A stretch of DNA of 56,330 nucleotides from Vulcanimicrobiota bacterium (GTDB taxonomy: Bacteria; Vulcanimicrobiota; Xenobia; Xenobiales; JADMJV01): positions 128,001-184,330 of the forward strand of contig JAFKGI010000012.1 in the NCBI GenBank assembly GCA_017307785.1, given 5' to 3'. Each line of letters opens with the position of its first letter. Positions within the stretch are counted from its first letter, which is position 1. Of the stretch, positions 39,363 through 48,022 are shown piece after piece. The notes below the pieces were generated by a model, which searched no databases, was not told the origin of the DNA, and saw only the letters and a program-made list of their open reading frames with translations. The position numbers and the translations under genes are program-made.

Positions 39363-40931
39363 ATGTACGCTCAGTACAACTTGGGGAACCCTTCGTTCTG
39401 CGCTCCCACGCCGTTCAGCCCTGGCTTTAATCAGGGCTACGGCAACTTTGGAATGACCCAGCAGATGCTCGGCAGCCCCTACGGCATGCCGCAAGGCTGG
39501 GGTGGCATGCAAAATCAGATGCAGCAAATGATGATGATGATGCAGACCATGATGATGTTCCAGCAGATGCAAATGCAGATGCAGGGCGGCGGAATGGGCC
39601 CGGGCAACTTCTACCCGCCCATGCCCCAGCCGTATGGCCCCATCCCTCCCAACCACGGTTTCCCCCCCTTCCCTCCCCAGCCGTACAACAACCAGCCTTA
39701 CAATAACCAGCCCTACAACAATCAGCCTTACAACAACAATCCTTACGGCAACGGCCCGCAGCCCTTCCCAGGGCCGCGCCCCCAGCCGTTTCCGGCGCCC
39801 GCTCCCCCTCCCTGGAACGGACCCAAGCCCACTCCCCAGCCAGCTCCCGCCCCCAAGCCGGTCCCCAAACCCGCGCCCAAGCCGCTCAATGCTCAGCAAT
39901 GGCGCACCAGCCTCAATGGCAACCCCGGCGCCCTCAAAGCCTACAACGCCATGACCCCGGAACAGCGCGCCACCGTGGATCGCCTGGGCATGAACCATCC
40001 CGCCGAAGCCGGCGGTGCCGATGCCAACTTCCTGAAGATCATGGGCAACGGTCGCCTCACCAATCGCGACCGCCAGGGCCAGACCACGCTGCAGCACCTG
40101 GATCAGCTGGATCGCCAGAAAGTCCCCAAAGAAGTCGACAAACCCACCGCCTATCGCGAACTGGTGGCCAACATCGCCGAACCCGGCAACACCAATCAAC
40201 GCGGTCGCGGCACCTGCGCCCCCACCTCGGTGGAGTACGTGCACGTCAAGAATCAGCCTTCCGACTACGCCCGCGTGGTCACCGGACTGCTCTCGGAAAA
40301 AGGCGAAGTCCGCATGAACAACGGCGAGACCATGAAGCGCAACGCCAGCGGCCTCGGCCCCGATAACAGCGGACGCACCTCGGTGGACCGCATCTATCAG
40401 TCCAGCATGATGGACTACGCCGACGGCGACAAAATGACGTACAACAACCAGACCGACCAGCACGTCGGCGCCGACGGCAAAAACTCGCACCAGGGCATGT
40501 ACCTGAACGAAGAAGCCAAGGCTCTCAACGCCGTCACCGGCGAACGCCAGACTTCGCGCGGCGTCGACCCCAACAACACCGGCTTCATGGGCATTCGCCG
40601 CTTCACCACCGATCGCGACCTGCGCCATGAACTCAGCGAAGGCCGCAATCCCATCGTCTGCATGACCTGGGACCAGAGCCCGGGAGCGCGCGACAAAGAC
40701 CACGCTCTCACCATCACCAAGATGGATGGCGACTATGTCTACCTGCGCAACCCCTGGGGCAACGACGAAAAGGGCGGAACGAACGGACCCCCGCGTGAAG
40801 TCGTCGATCCCAATACCGGACTGGTGCGCATGAAGAAAGACGACTTCTACGCCCGCCTCACCGGCATCAACCAGCGCGAAGACGACCGCAGCTTCGCCGG
40901 CCGCTGGTGGGACCGCATCACCGGCAGCTAG
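39363..40931 (+). CDS. Calpain-like cysteine peptidase with Q/N/M-rich prion-like N-terminal domain
   Basis: GGAGG 5 nt before the ATG. N-terminal QNQMQQMMMMMQTMMMFQQMQMQMQ and four QPYNN repeats plus a Pro-rich stretch. C-domain has RGRGTCAPTS (Cys), DHALTI (His) and YLRNPWGNDE (Asn box, cf. calpain RLRNPWG). Confidence 0.65.
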   Translation: MYAQYNLGNPSFCAPTPFSPGFNQGYGNFGMTQQMLGSPYGMPQGWGGMQNQMQQMMMMMQTMMMFQQMQMQMQGGGMGPGNFYPPMPQPYGPIPPNHGFPPFPPQPYNNQPYNNQPYNNQPYNNNPYGNGPQPFPGPRPQPFPAPAPPPWNGPKPTPQPAPAPKPVPKPAPKPLNAQQWRTSLNGNPGALKAYNAMTPEQRATVDRLGMNHPAEAGGADANFLKIMGNGRLTNRDRQGQTTLQHLDQLDRQKVPKEVDKPTAYRELVANIAEPGNTNQRGRGTCAPTSVEYVHVKNQPSDYARVVTGLLSEKGEVRMNNGETMKRNASGLGPDNSGRTSVDRIYQSSMMDYADGDKMTYNNQTDQHVGADGKNSHQGMYLNEEAKALNAVTGERQTSRGVDPNNTGFMGIRRFTTDRDLRHELSEGRNPIVCMTWDQSPGARDKDHALTITKMDGDYVYLRNPWGNDEKGGTNGPPREVVDPNTGLVRMKKDDFYARLTGINQREDDRSFAGRWWDRITGS

Positions 40932-40940
40932 ACCACCGCC

Positions 40941-41372
40941 TCAAGCCTGCCGGTCGCGATCGCTTTCCGCGGCGTGGCGCCAGCCCCCGCCTGCACCGGC
41001 GCGACGCTGCAAGCGAAACTCCTTGACGATACCGGCAATCTTGTCCGGGTCCGAAAAGTTGCTGCGATGCAGACTGAACTCACACTGGCCGCACTGATAA
41101 AACTCCGACCAGCCTGTCGATCCGCCCTTAGGCAGGAAGGTGGGACAATGGCAGTTCGGGCACCGCGTCTGCCCTTGCGCAGTCTCGACCACCTTGCGCT
41201 CGATGACGGGCCGGCGCAGCGCGTTGAACATGGCCTCGAGCCTCTCCAGTCCGCCGGCAGTGACGTGCCAGGTGCCCAGGCGTTTCTCGGCCGGCACCAG
41301 CCCCTCCGCCAAAAGCGCCCTGATCAATTCGGGTCGCACTTTATAAAGTGCGGCCAGCTCTTTCAAGGTCAT
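40941..41372 (-). CDS. Hypothetical HTH-like + zinc-ribbon protein
   Basis: N-terminal MTLKELAALYKVRPELIRALLAEG looks like an excisionase or MerR-type HTH. CPNCHC...CGQCEFSLH zinc ribbon. Confidence 0.4.
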   Translation of the reverse strand: MTLKELAALYKVRPELIRALLAEGLVPAEKRLGTWHVTAGGLERLEAMFNALRRPVIERKVVETAQGQTRCPNCHCPTFLPKGGSTGWSEFYQCGQCEFSLHRSNFSDPDKIAGIVKEFRLQRRAGAGGGWRHAAESDRDRQA

Positions 41373-41421
41373 CCGCGCTACTTTGACCGCGAAAGGAGAA
41401 TTCCCCTAATACGATCCGCAC

Positions 41422-42708
41422 TCAAGGAACGACCACGCCCACCTGATCCAGACCAGAAATGCCAAACCACAGGTTGCCGTCCGGCCCCGGATTGATGCCA
41501 TAAGGCCGCGACAAAGCGGTCAGTGCTGCAGAGGTAAACTCGCTCACCACACCGGTCTGCGTGATCCGCCCCAGCCGGCCTCCCTGGTACTCGGTAAACC
41601 AGAGGTTCCCGTCCGCTCCGGCACAGATGCCGACCGGCCTCGCCGCCGCGCTGATCCCCGAGGAGAACTCCGTAATCACACCGGCCGGGGTGATCCGCCC
41701 GATGCGATTCCCGCCGAACTCGGTGAACCACAGGTTGCCGTCCGGTCCCGCGCAAATCCCTTCGGGCGCGGACCCGGCCGTAATTCCAGTCGAGAACTCT
41801 GTCACCACCCCCGCGGTGGTGATACGTCCAATGCGATTCCCGCCGAAGTCGGTGAACCACAAATTACCATCCGGACCGCTGCAAATCTGGCTGGGGAGAG
41901 CTCCTCCGCTAATTCCCGCGGAAAACTCGGTGATGACGCCGGCAGGCGTGATGCGCCCGATGCGGCCGCTATTCTGCTCGGCGAACCAGAGATTTCCATC
42001 CGGTCCCGCACAAATTCCGTAAGGACCGCTTGCAGCCGTAAGTCCCGCCGAGAACTCGGTGACTACCCCGGCCGTCGTGATCCGTCCGATGCGGTTTCCG
42101 GCAATCTCGGTGAACCACAGATTCCCATCCGGTCCGGCGCAGATGACATAGGCCTGAGCGCCGCTGGTCAGGCCGGGAAATTCGGTGACAGCGCCACTAC
42201 TGGGATTCAACCGGCCAACCCGATCTCCGCCGTTCTCGATGAACCAGAGGTTGCCGTCGGGTCCCGCGCAAACGCCGGTTGGAGCAGCCCCTGCGGAAAT
42301 ACCGGTGCTCACGGCCTGAATGGTTCCGACGGGCGGAACCACCCGCAGGTTAGAGTTCGCACTCAGCCCACCGAAAGCCGCCGTAATTGTGGCCGACACC
42401 GCCGGAATCACCTGGGTCAGAGACTGGCCCGTGGCCAGGCCGCTGTTGGAAACCACACTGGCGGCCCCCGGATTGGAAGAAGTCCAGGTCGCCAGATTGG
42501 CCACGTTCGCACTCTGACCATCGCTGCTGGTAGCGGTCGCCACAAACTGCAGGGTCTCGCCCGAATGAATGCGGGCAGAAACGGGACTGACCGCCAAACC
42601 CGTCAGGGTCGGCAACGGGACGAAGCCCCGATCTCCACTCGTGCTACTGCCGCAGCCCAGTGCGAACAGCGCCAGACTTAAAATTGTCGTACGCAATGCA
42701 GAACTCAT
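41422..42708 (-). CDS. Vgb (streptogramin B lyase)-like 7-bladed beta-propeller lipoprotein with Big_2-like N-domain
   Basis: Lipobox LALFALGCGSS. The Big_2-like segment is LTGLAVSPVSARIHSGETLQFVATATSSDGQS. Seven repeats of ICAGPDGNLWFTE....IGRIT..G...EF. Confidence 0.75.
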   Translation of the reverse strand: MSSALRTTILSLALFALGCGSSTSGDRGFVPLPTLTGLAVSPVSARIHSGETLQFVATATSSDGQSANVANLATWTSSNPGAASVVSNSGLATGQSLTQVIPAVSATITAAFGGLSANSNLRVVPPVGTIQAVSTGISAGAAPTGVCAGPDGNLWFIENGGDRVGRLNPSSGAVTEFPGLTSGAQAYVICAGPDGNLWFTEIAGNRIGRITTAGVVTEFSAGLTAASGPYGICAGPDGNLWFAEQNSGRIGRITPAGVITEFSAGISGGALPSQICSGPDGNLWFTDFGGNRIGRITTAGVVTEFSTGITAGSAPEGICAGPDGNLWFTEFGGNRIGRITPAGVITEFSSGISAAARPVGICAGADGNLWFTEYQGGRLGRITQTGVVSEFTSAALTALSRPYGINPGPDGNLWFGISGLDQVGVVVP

Positions 42709-42874
42709 AACCCGGAAGATATCGCGAGACCAGCAACCACTCCTGCTTCCGGAAACAAATCGCCAGCATCATGCCCGCCTATCCCGACGGCAGCGCCCTC
42801 CTATACCAATCCACAAGGAAAACCGCCCGTCTCTCTCGACTCATGGAGAAACCATCGCAAACGAAGGAGTTCCC

Positions 42875-44146
42875 ATGAAATCAACCCTACGATCCGGCCT
42901 GCTGACCCTGGCCTTGCTGACCCTCGGATGCGGTGGCAGCACCTCGGACAACCTGGGTGTGCAAACCCCGACCCTCGCCTCCCTGACCGTAACCCCCGCG
43001 TCGGCCCGCCTCCTTTCCGGACAGACCCTGCAATTCACGGCCACCGCCACCGCCAGCGACGGACGCAGCGGCGACGTCACCTCCCTATCCACCTGGGCCT
43101 CCTCCAACAACTCGGCCGTCACCATCGTCGGCAACACCGGCCTGGCCACCGCCCAATCCATCACCCAGGTCGTGCCCGCCCTCACCGCCACCATCACGGC
43201 CGCCTTCCAGAACCTCAACGCCAGCACCAGCCTCAGACTGATCCCGGCCACGGGCACCATCCAGCGTCTCACCACCGGCCTCACCGCCGCCGCCGGCCCC
43301 ACCTGCATCTGCACGGGCCCCGACGGCAATCTCTGGTTCACCGAAAACGGCACCAGCAGCATCGGCCGAATCAACCCGACCACCGGAGAGATCACGGAAT
43401 TTTCCGGCCTGAGCGGAGTCCGCCGGCCCAACTTCATCTGCGCCGGACCGGACGGCAACCTCTGGTTCACCATCGGCAGCATCGACCGCATTGGCCGCAT
43501 CACCCCCGCCGGCGTGATCACCGAATTCTCCACCGGCATCTCCGCCAAGTCCTACCCCTACGGCATCTGTGCCGGTCCCGACGGCAACCTCTGGTTCACC
43601 GAAATCGACACCAACCTCATCGGCCGCATTACCCCGGCCGGAGTGGTCACCGAATTTCCCGTCCCCACGGCCGGCGTCGAACCGTTCCAGATTTGCAGCG
43701 GCCCGGACGGCAACCTGTGGTTCACCGAGCATGTCGGAAATCGCATCGCCAAAATCACCACCGCCGGCGTGGTCACGGAATTCTCCGGCCTCACCGCCAA
43801 CAGTGGCCCCGACGGAATCTGCGCCGGCCCCGACGGCAACCTCTGGTTCACCGAAAGAGACCGCGACGCCATCGGCCAGATCACCACCGCCGGCGTCATC
43901 AGCGAATTTAGCGCCGGCATCACCGCCGGCGCCTTGCCCCACACCATCACCCCCGGACCCGACGGTAATTTCTGGTTTGTCGAACTGGCCGGCCGCATCG
44001 GACGCATCACCCCCGGCAGCGATGTCACCGAATTCACCGGCCCCCTCACCAACAACTCGATTCCCTTCGCCATCACCCCCGGACCCGACGGCAATCTCTG
44101 GTTCACCGAACTGGTCGGAAATTCGGTCGACGTCCTCGTCCCCTAA
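42875..44146 (+). CDS. Vgb-like beta-propeller lipoprotein (paralogue, divergently transcribed)
   Basis: AAGGAG 5 nt before the ATG. LALLTLGCGGS lipobox, Big_2-like segment, and the same GPDGNLWFTE/IGRIT repeat seven times. Confidence 0.75.
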   Translation: MKSTLRSGLLTLALLTLGCGGSTSDNLGVQTPTLASLTVTPASARLLSGQTLQFTATATASDGRSGDVTSLSTWASSNNSAVTIVGNTGLATAQSITQVVPALTATITAAFQNLNASTSLRLIPATGTIQRLTTGLTAAAGPTCICTGPDGNLWFTENGTSSIGRINPTTGEITEFSGLSGVRRPNFICAGPDGNLWFTIGSIDRIGRITPAGVITEFSTGISAKSYPYGICAGPDGNLWFTEIDTNLIGRITPAGVVTEFPVPTAGVEPFQICSGPDGNLWFTEHVGNRIAKITTAGVVTEFSGLTANSGPDGICAGPDGNLWFTERDRDAIGQITTAGVISEFSAGITAGALPHTITPGPDGNFWFVELAGRIGRITPGSDVTEFTGPLTNNSIPFAITPGPDGNLWFTELVGNSVDVLVP

Positions 44147-44249
44147 AATACAGCAGCGCAACCGCTCACCGGTAACAAGGGAACCGCTGAGCGGTTGCCC
44201 GCCCCACACCCCCAGGGGAGCCCCAACCCCCCGCCGAATCCGCATTCCC

Positions 44250-46739
44250 ATGCTGCTCGTGCAAACCGCCGACGACCTCCTCTACGTCCCCGACCGGGAC
44301 ATCGCCAGCATCATGCCCACCTACCCCGACCGCTGGCGCATCGTCCTGCAAGACGGCCGCGTCGGCCACCGCACCGGCCCCGCCCCCCAAGGTCCCTGGG
44401 TCCCCCTGCAAAACGGCTGGGTCCGCCCCGAGCATCTGAAGAAAGAAGACAACCACTGGGTTGACCCGGCCGGCTTCCGCTACCCCTACCAACCCCTCGA
44501 CATCCCCGAAGAAGAAGAACCAGCCAGTGACCTCCCGCCCGGCCTGCTCACCGTCGAAAGACGCGATAAAACCTGGTTCTGGTGCACCGACAGCGGAGAA
44601 CTCCCCTGCGAAGGCCCTCCCCAACCCCACCCGGACCTGGCCCAACTCACCCCCCATCAGCTGGTCTACCTTCCGCGCGTGCGCCGCCTGTACACCACTC
44701 CCCCGGGTCCGTGCGCCGCCCTCGAACTGGACAACGGCCGGCAACTCAAAGTCCTGGGCGGCCTCTACTTCCGCCTGGCCAACCGGCTGGGCCTGGAAAG
44801 CTTCGTCTCCCTCGACCTCAGCGTCCCCGAGACCATGTGGAAACTGCGCGACTTCCCCTACGACCTTACCAGTGCCGACCCCGACAAAATCCTAAAAGAC
44901 CTCCCCACAGAACTGGCCTTCCTACAAAACCTGCTCTGGCAAGTGGCCACCCAGAACCGAACCAATGACTACGACAAAGCCGGCTTCGCCCAGCATCCCA
45001 TGCTCAGCTCGGCCCGCCGCTGCGGCTACCATCCCACCAAAGGGCGCATCTACATGCTCCTCCATCAATTGACCGTGGAACAAGAACTCTTCACCCTGCG
45101 CCAGCTCGGCTTCCGCGAAATCAGTCCCGAGCGTCGCCTCACCGGCAGCCGCCACCCCAACGTCGTGCTGCTCGCCCCCCACCCCGAACTCCAGGCAGCC
45201 CGCAAAGCCGCCCGGGAACACGGCATCAGCCTGCTCATCACCGGCAACTCCGGGGCCATCACCCAAGAATACCTGGCCGCCGAACTCAGCGGACCCATCC
45301 AAATTCTCCGCTACAACGTCCCCGACAACGAAATCAAAACCCTGCGCAAACGCTTCGCCCAACTCGGCTTGCCCAGCGGCCCGCCGATCCTGGTCCAAAA
45401 CCTGCAAAACATCCCGTCCCACCAACCGACCGCGCTCACTCCCCAACCCTTCAGCCGCATCCCCCTCCAGGACTTCACCGGCCTCTACTACGCCGACCCC
45501 CAGGAAATCGCCGCCTGGACCCCCACTCGCCCCGAAGGCTACCGGGTCGACCTCCACAACGGCCGCATCCTCCACCACCCCGGCCCCCCGCCACCCATCC
45601 CGCCACAAAGCCCGGTCGACCCCCGCCTCCAGCTCAAGAAACACCAATGGCACCTCGATGACGGCACCCAACAGAAAACAGGGCTCGACTTCCTGGACGC
45701 CGCCGCCCAACATCCCAGCCTGGCCGGCCGCACCAAAGACCACCGCTTCAACTACAACCGCCTGCGCTCCAGCGACCCCCTGCATCTGCACCTGGACGAC
45801 GGCACCGCCCTGCCCGTTCCCCAGCGCCTGTGGCGCCATAAACTACAAACCATCCTGGGCATCGACAACCTGGCCGAACTCTCCCCCGACCCCCATTGCC
45901 GCCGCTACCTCCAACTACGCGATCTACCCTACGAAATCGTGCGCGCCAAAGCAGACAAACTTCAAGCCGACTTCCCCGACTGGACCCAGCTCATCGCCAA
46001 CATCGTCTGGCAAGTCTATTGCGAACGCTACCAATACGCAGATACCTTCCAGGGCTTCTTCTACCGCCCCCTGCAGGCCGTGCTCTACCGCGCCGGCTAC
46101 CTCACCCGCGCCCAACTCAGAAGCCCCAGCGCGGCCAAAGACAGATTCTACGCTCGCTACTGCACCCTGCTCACCCGCATGGTCCGCCACTACCGCCTCT
46201 TCCACTATCACCAGATCGGCTTCGTCGACCCCTTTCCGGCCAGCCGCATCCTGGGCGACCGCCATCCCCAGCGCATCCTGCTGGTGGAAAAAGGCGACTT
46301 GCTGGAAGAACACGCTCTGCAACTCCAAAAAGAATTCGGCCTCACCGCCCTCATCCTCAAAGGCTGCCCCTCGCTGCTGGCCACCGAATACTTCTGCAAA
46401 GCCCTGCGCGAAATCTATCAAGGCCCTGTGGAAGTCTACTACTACGGCGACTTTGACGATGCCGGCTGGGATATCGGACCCGCCTTTGTCAAGCAGTTGC
46501 TCTTCTACGGCATCCAGTGCGTCCGAATGGAACGACTGGTTCTCCCACAGATCTTCACCCCCGAAGAGCAAATGCTCTACTCCCGCCCCCTGGATGCCCA
46601 AGCCCCCCACCTGATCACCCGCCAGCAACGCTTCCTCCAAGAAAGCGGCGGCGTCCAGGGCCAGCTGCGCGGCATCCACGGCAACTGGCTGCAGCCCTAC
46701 AGCCGCCTGCGCACCCGCCTCGAGGAACTCATGCCATGA
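44250..46739 (+). CDS. Gene A: tandem-duplicated protein, N-module with degenerate TOPRIM and C-module with intact Spo11/TopoVI-A/JetD-like TOPRIM
   Basis: 829 aa. Two homologous modules of about 415 aa (LRDFPYDL...LLWQV and LRDLPYEI...IVWQV). Module 2 has RILLVEKGDLLEE, then YYYGDFDDAGWDI about 55 aa later, then ESGGVQGQLRGIHGNWLQP. Module 1 has VVLLAPHPELQAA and ILRYNVPDNEI at the same places. Confidence 0.6.
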   Translation: MLLVQTADDLLYVPDRDIASIMPTYPDRWRIVLQDGRVGHRTGPAPQGPWVPLQNGWVRPEHLKKEDNHWVDPAGFRYPYQPLDIPEEEEPASDLPPGLLTVERRDKTWFWCTDSGELPCEGPPQPHPDLAQLTPHQLVYLPRVRRLYTTPPGPCAALELDNGRQLKVLGGLYFRLANRLGLESFVSLDLSVPETMWKLRDFPYDLTSADPDKILKDLPTELAFLQNLLWQVATQNRTNDYDKAGFAQHPMLSSARRCGYHPTKGRIYMLLHQLTVEQELFTLRQLGFREISPERRLTGSRHPNVVLLAPHPELQAARKAAREHGISLLITGNSGAITQEYLAAELSGPIQILRYNVPDNEIKTLRKRFAQLGLPSGPPILVQNLQNIPSHQPTALTPQPFSRIPLQDFTGLYYADPQEIAAWTPTRPEGYRVDLHNGRILHHPGPPPPIPPQSPVDPRLQLKKHQWHLDDGTQQKTGLDFLDAAAQHPSLAGRTKDHRFNYNRLRSSDPLHLHLDDGTALPVPQRLWRHKLQTILGIDNLAELSPDPHCRRYLQLRDLPYEIVRAKADKLQADFPDWTQLIANIVWQVYCERYQYADTFQGFFYRPLQAVLYRAGYLTRAQLRSPSAAKDRFYARYCTLLTRMVRHYRLFHYHQIGFVDPFPASRILGDRHPQRILLVEKGDLLEEHALQLQKEFGLTALILKGCPSLLATEYFCKALREIYQGPVEVYYYGDFDDAGWDIGPAFVKQLLFYGIQCVRMERLVLPQIFTPEEQMLYSRPLDAQAPHLITRQQRFLQESGGVQGQLRGIHGNWLQPYSRLRTRLEELMP

Positions 46740-48022
46740 TCCAAATCCAGGACGAAAACGGCCTCAGCCTCTGGCCCGAGCAACTCATCGTTTCCATCAC
46801 CCCCGCCTACCCCAACCGCCTGTGCGTCACCTGCGCGGACGGAACCGTCGGCTACATGCCCCACCCCATCCCCCCGGACTGGCCCAGCTCCACAGAATAC
46901 CAGCCCGAGCCTCACTGGGGCCTGCTACGCACTCCCGACGCCCTGCTCTGGGACGGCAGCCAGCTCTGCCTGCAAAGCCTGGAGGAAGCCACTCAGAATC
47001 TCTTCCAGGCCGGCCGCCACCTCTGGCTCCATCCCCGCCGCATACGCCGCGTCAGCAAACAAAGCGGCGGCCTGCTGCTTCTCACCGATGAAGGCACCGA
47101 ACTCGTCATCACCCCCCACTGGAGCCAGCAAGTGCTGAAGGCCCTGCACATCCCTTACCTCCCCGACGCCCCCAGCGGACCCTTTCTGCGCGACTATCCC
47201 TTCGAACTCGCCCGCGCCTCGGCGGCCGTCCTGCGCCAACACTTCGCCGACCCCAACACCCTCATCGCCAACCTCATCTGGCAACAACTCGTCTACCACC
47301 AGAGCGGCATCCACAAGGGCTACGGCACCAGCCCCCGAGGCTTCTGGTACGTCCCCGGGGCGGCCACCCTGGCCCGCCTCGGCAGCATCAGCGCCCATCA
47401 AGCGGAAATGATCTACTACCGCCTGCTCGTCAAACTCATCGACGACGATCGCCTCTTCGGCTACCGCGACCTTGGCTTCGCGGACCCCGGCGCCGACAGT
47501 CGAGAAATCGGCACCCACCACCCCGGCATCCTTCTGGTCATCGAAAAAACCGACCTGGCCAAAACTGGTGTCGCCGCCGCCCGCCACTTCGGCCTCAGCT
47601 GGCACATCACCGGCGGAATCTCCCGCCTGTTCACCGCCGAATTCTGCGCCTACGCCCTCCAACAAGCCGGCCAACAAAGCCTGCGCACCCTCATCTTCGG
47701 CGACTACGACCCCGGCGGCCGCGTCAACGGCCGAGCCATCGTGGCCCACCTCGACCGCTTCGGCACCCCCACCCCCGCCGGCCCCGAATTCCTCATCGAC
47801 GCCTCCGCCTTCACCGAAGAAGAACTCGAACTCTTCTCCCATCCCCTCAGCCAGGACGACGAACGCGTCCAAAAATGGCTCCAAGAAACCGGCGGAATCC
47901 ACGGCCAACCCAACGGCATCCACGCCGACTGGCTTCAGCCCCCCGAACGCCTCCTCCCCCTGATCGAGGCCAAACTTAGCCTGGCAGCTCCGGCGGCGCC
48001 ACCAGCCGACTCCGCACCTTGA
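46736..48022 (+). CDS. Gene B: single-module paralogue of gene A with intact TOPRIM-like motifs
   Basis: 428 aa. ATGA overlap with gene A. GILLVIEKTDL ... LIFGDYDPGGRVNGRAI ... ETGGIHGQPNGIHADWLQP. The N-region aligns to both A modules (SITPAYPNRLCVTCADGTVGY vs SIMPTYPDRWRIVLQDGRVGH). Confidence 0.6.
   Translation: MIQIQDENGLSLWPEQLIVSITPAYPNRLCVTCADGTVGYMPHPIPPDWPSSTEYQPEPHWGLLRTPDALLWDGSQLCLQSLEEATQNLFQAGRHLWLHPRRIRRVSKQSGGLLLLTDEGTELVITPHWSQQVLKALHIPYLPDAPSGPFLRDYPFELARASAAVLRQHFADPNTLIANLIWQQLVYHQSGIHKGYGTSPRGFWYVPGAATLARLGSISAHQAEMIYYRLLVKLIDDDRLFGYRDLGFADPGADSREIGTHHPGILLVIEKTDLAKTGVAAARHFGLSWHITGGISRLFTAEFCAYALQQAGQQSLRTLIFGDYDPGGRVNGRAIVAHLDRFGTPTPAGPEFLIDASAFTEEELELFSHPLSQDDERVQKWLQETGGIHGQPNGIHADWLQPPERLLPLIEAKLSLAAPAAPPADSAP

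Noticed and set aside
38745-40703. 652-aa minus-strand ORF
   Set aside because: Its composition (G/V/A/H runs) and its position exactly opposite the plus-strand calpain-like gene mark it as a shadow ORF. Only the 3' 336 nt (38745-39080) show a signal peptide and were kept.
43569-46739. 1056-aa plus-strand ORF starting inside the Vgb-like gene
   Set aside because: The first ~680 nt is out-of-frame shadow (Pro/Ala/Ser-rich) of the real Vgb-like gene (42875-44146). The start for gene A was set at the first ATG after that gene, 44250.
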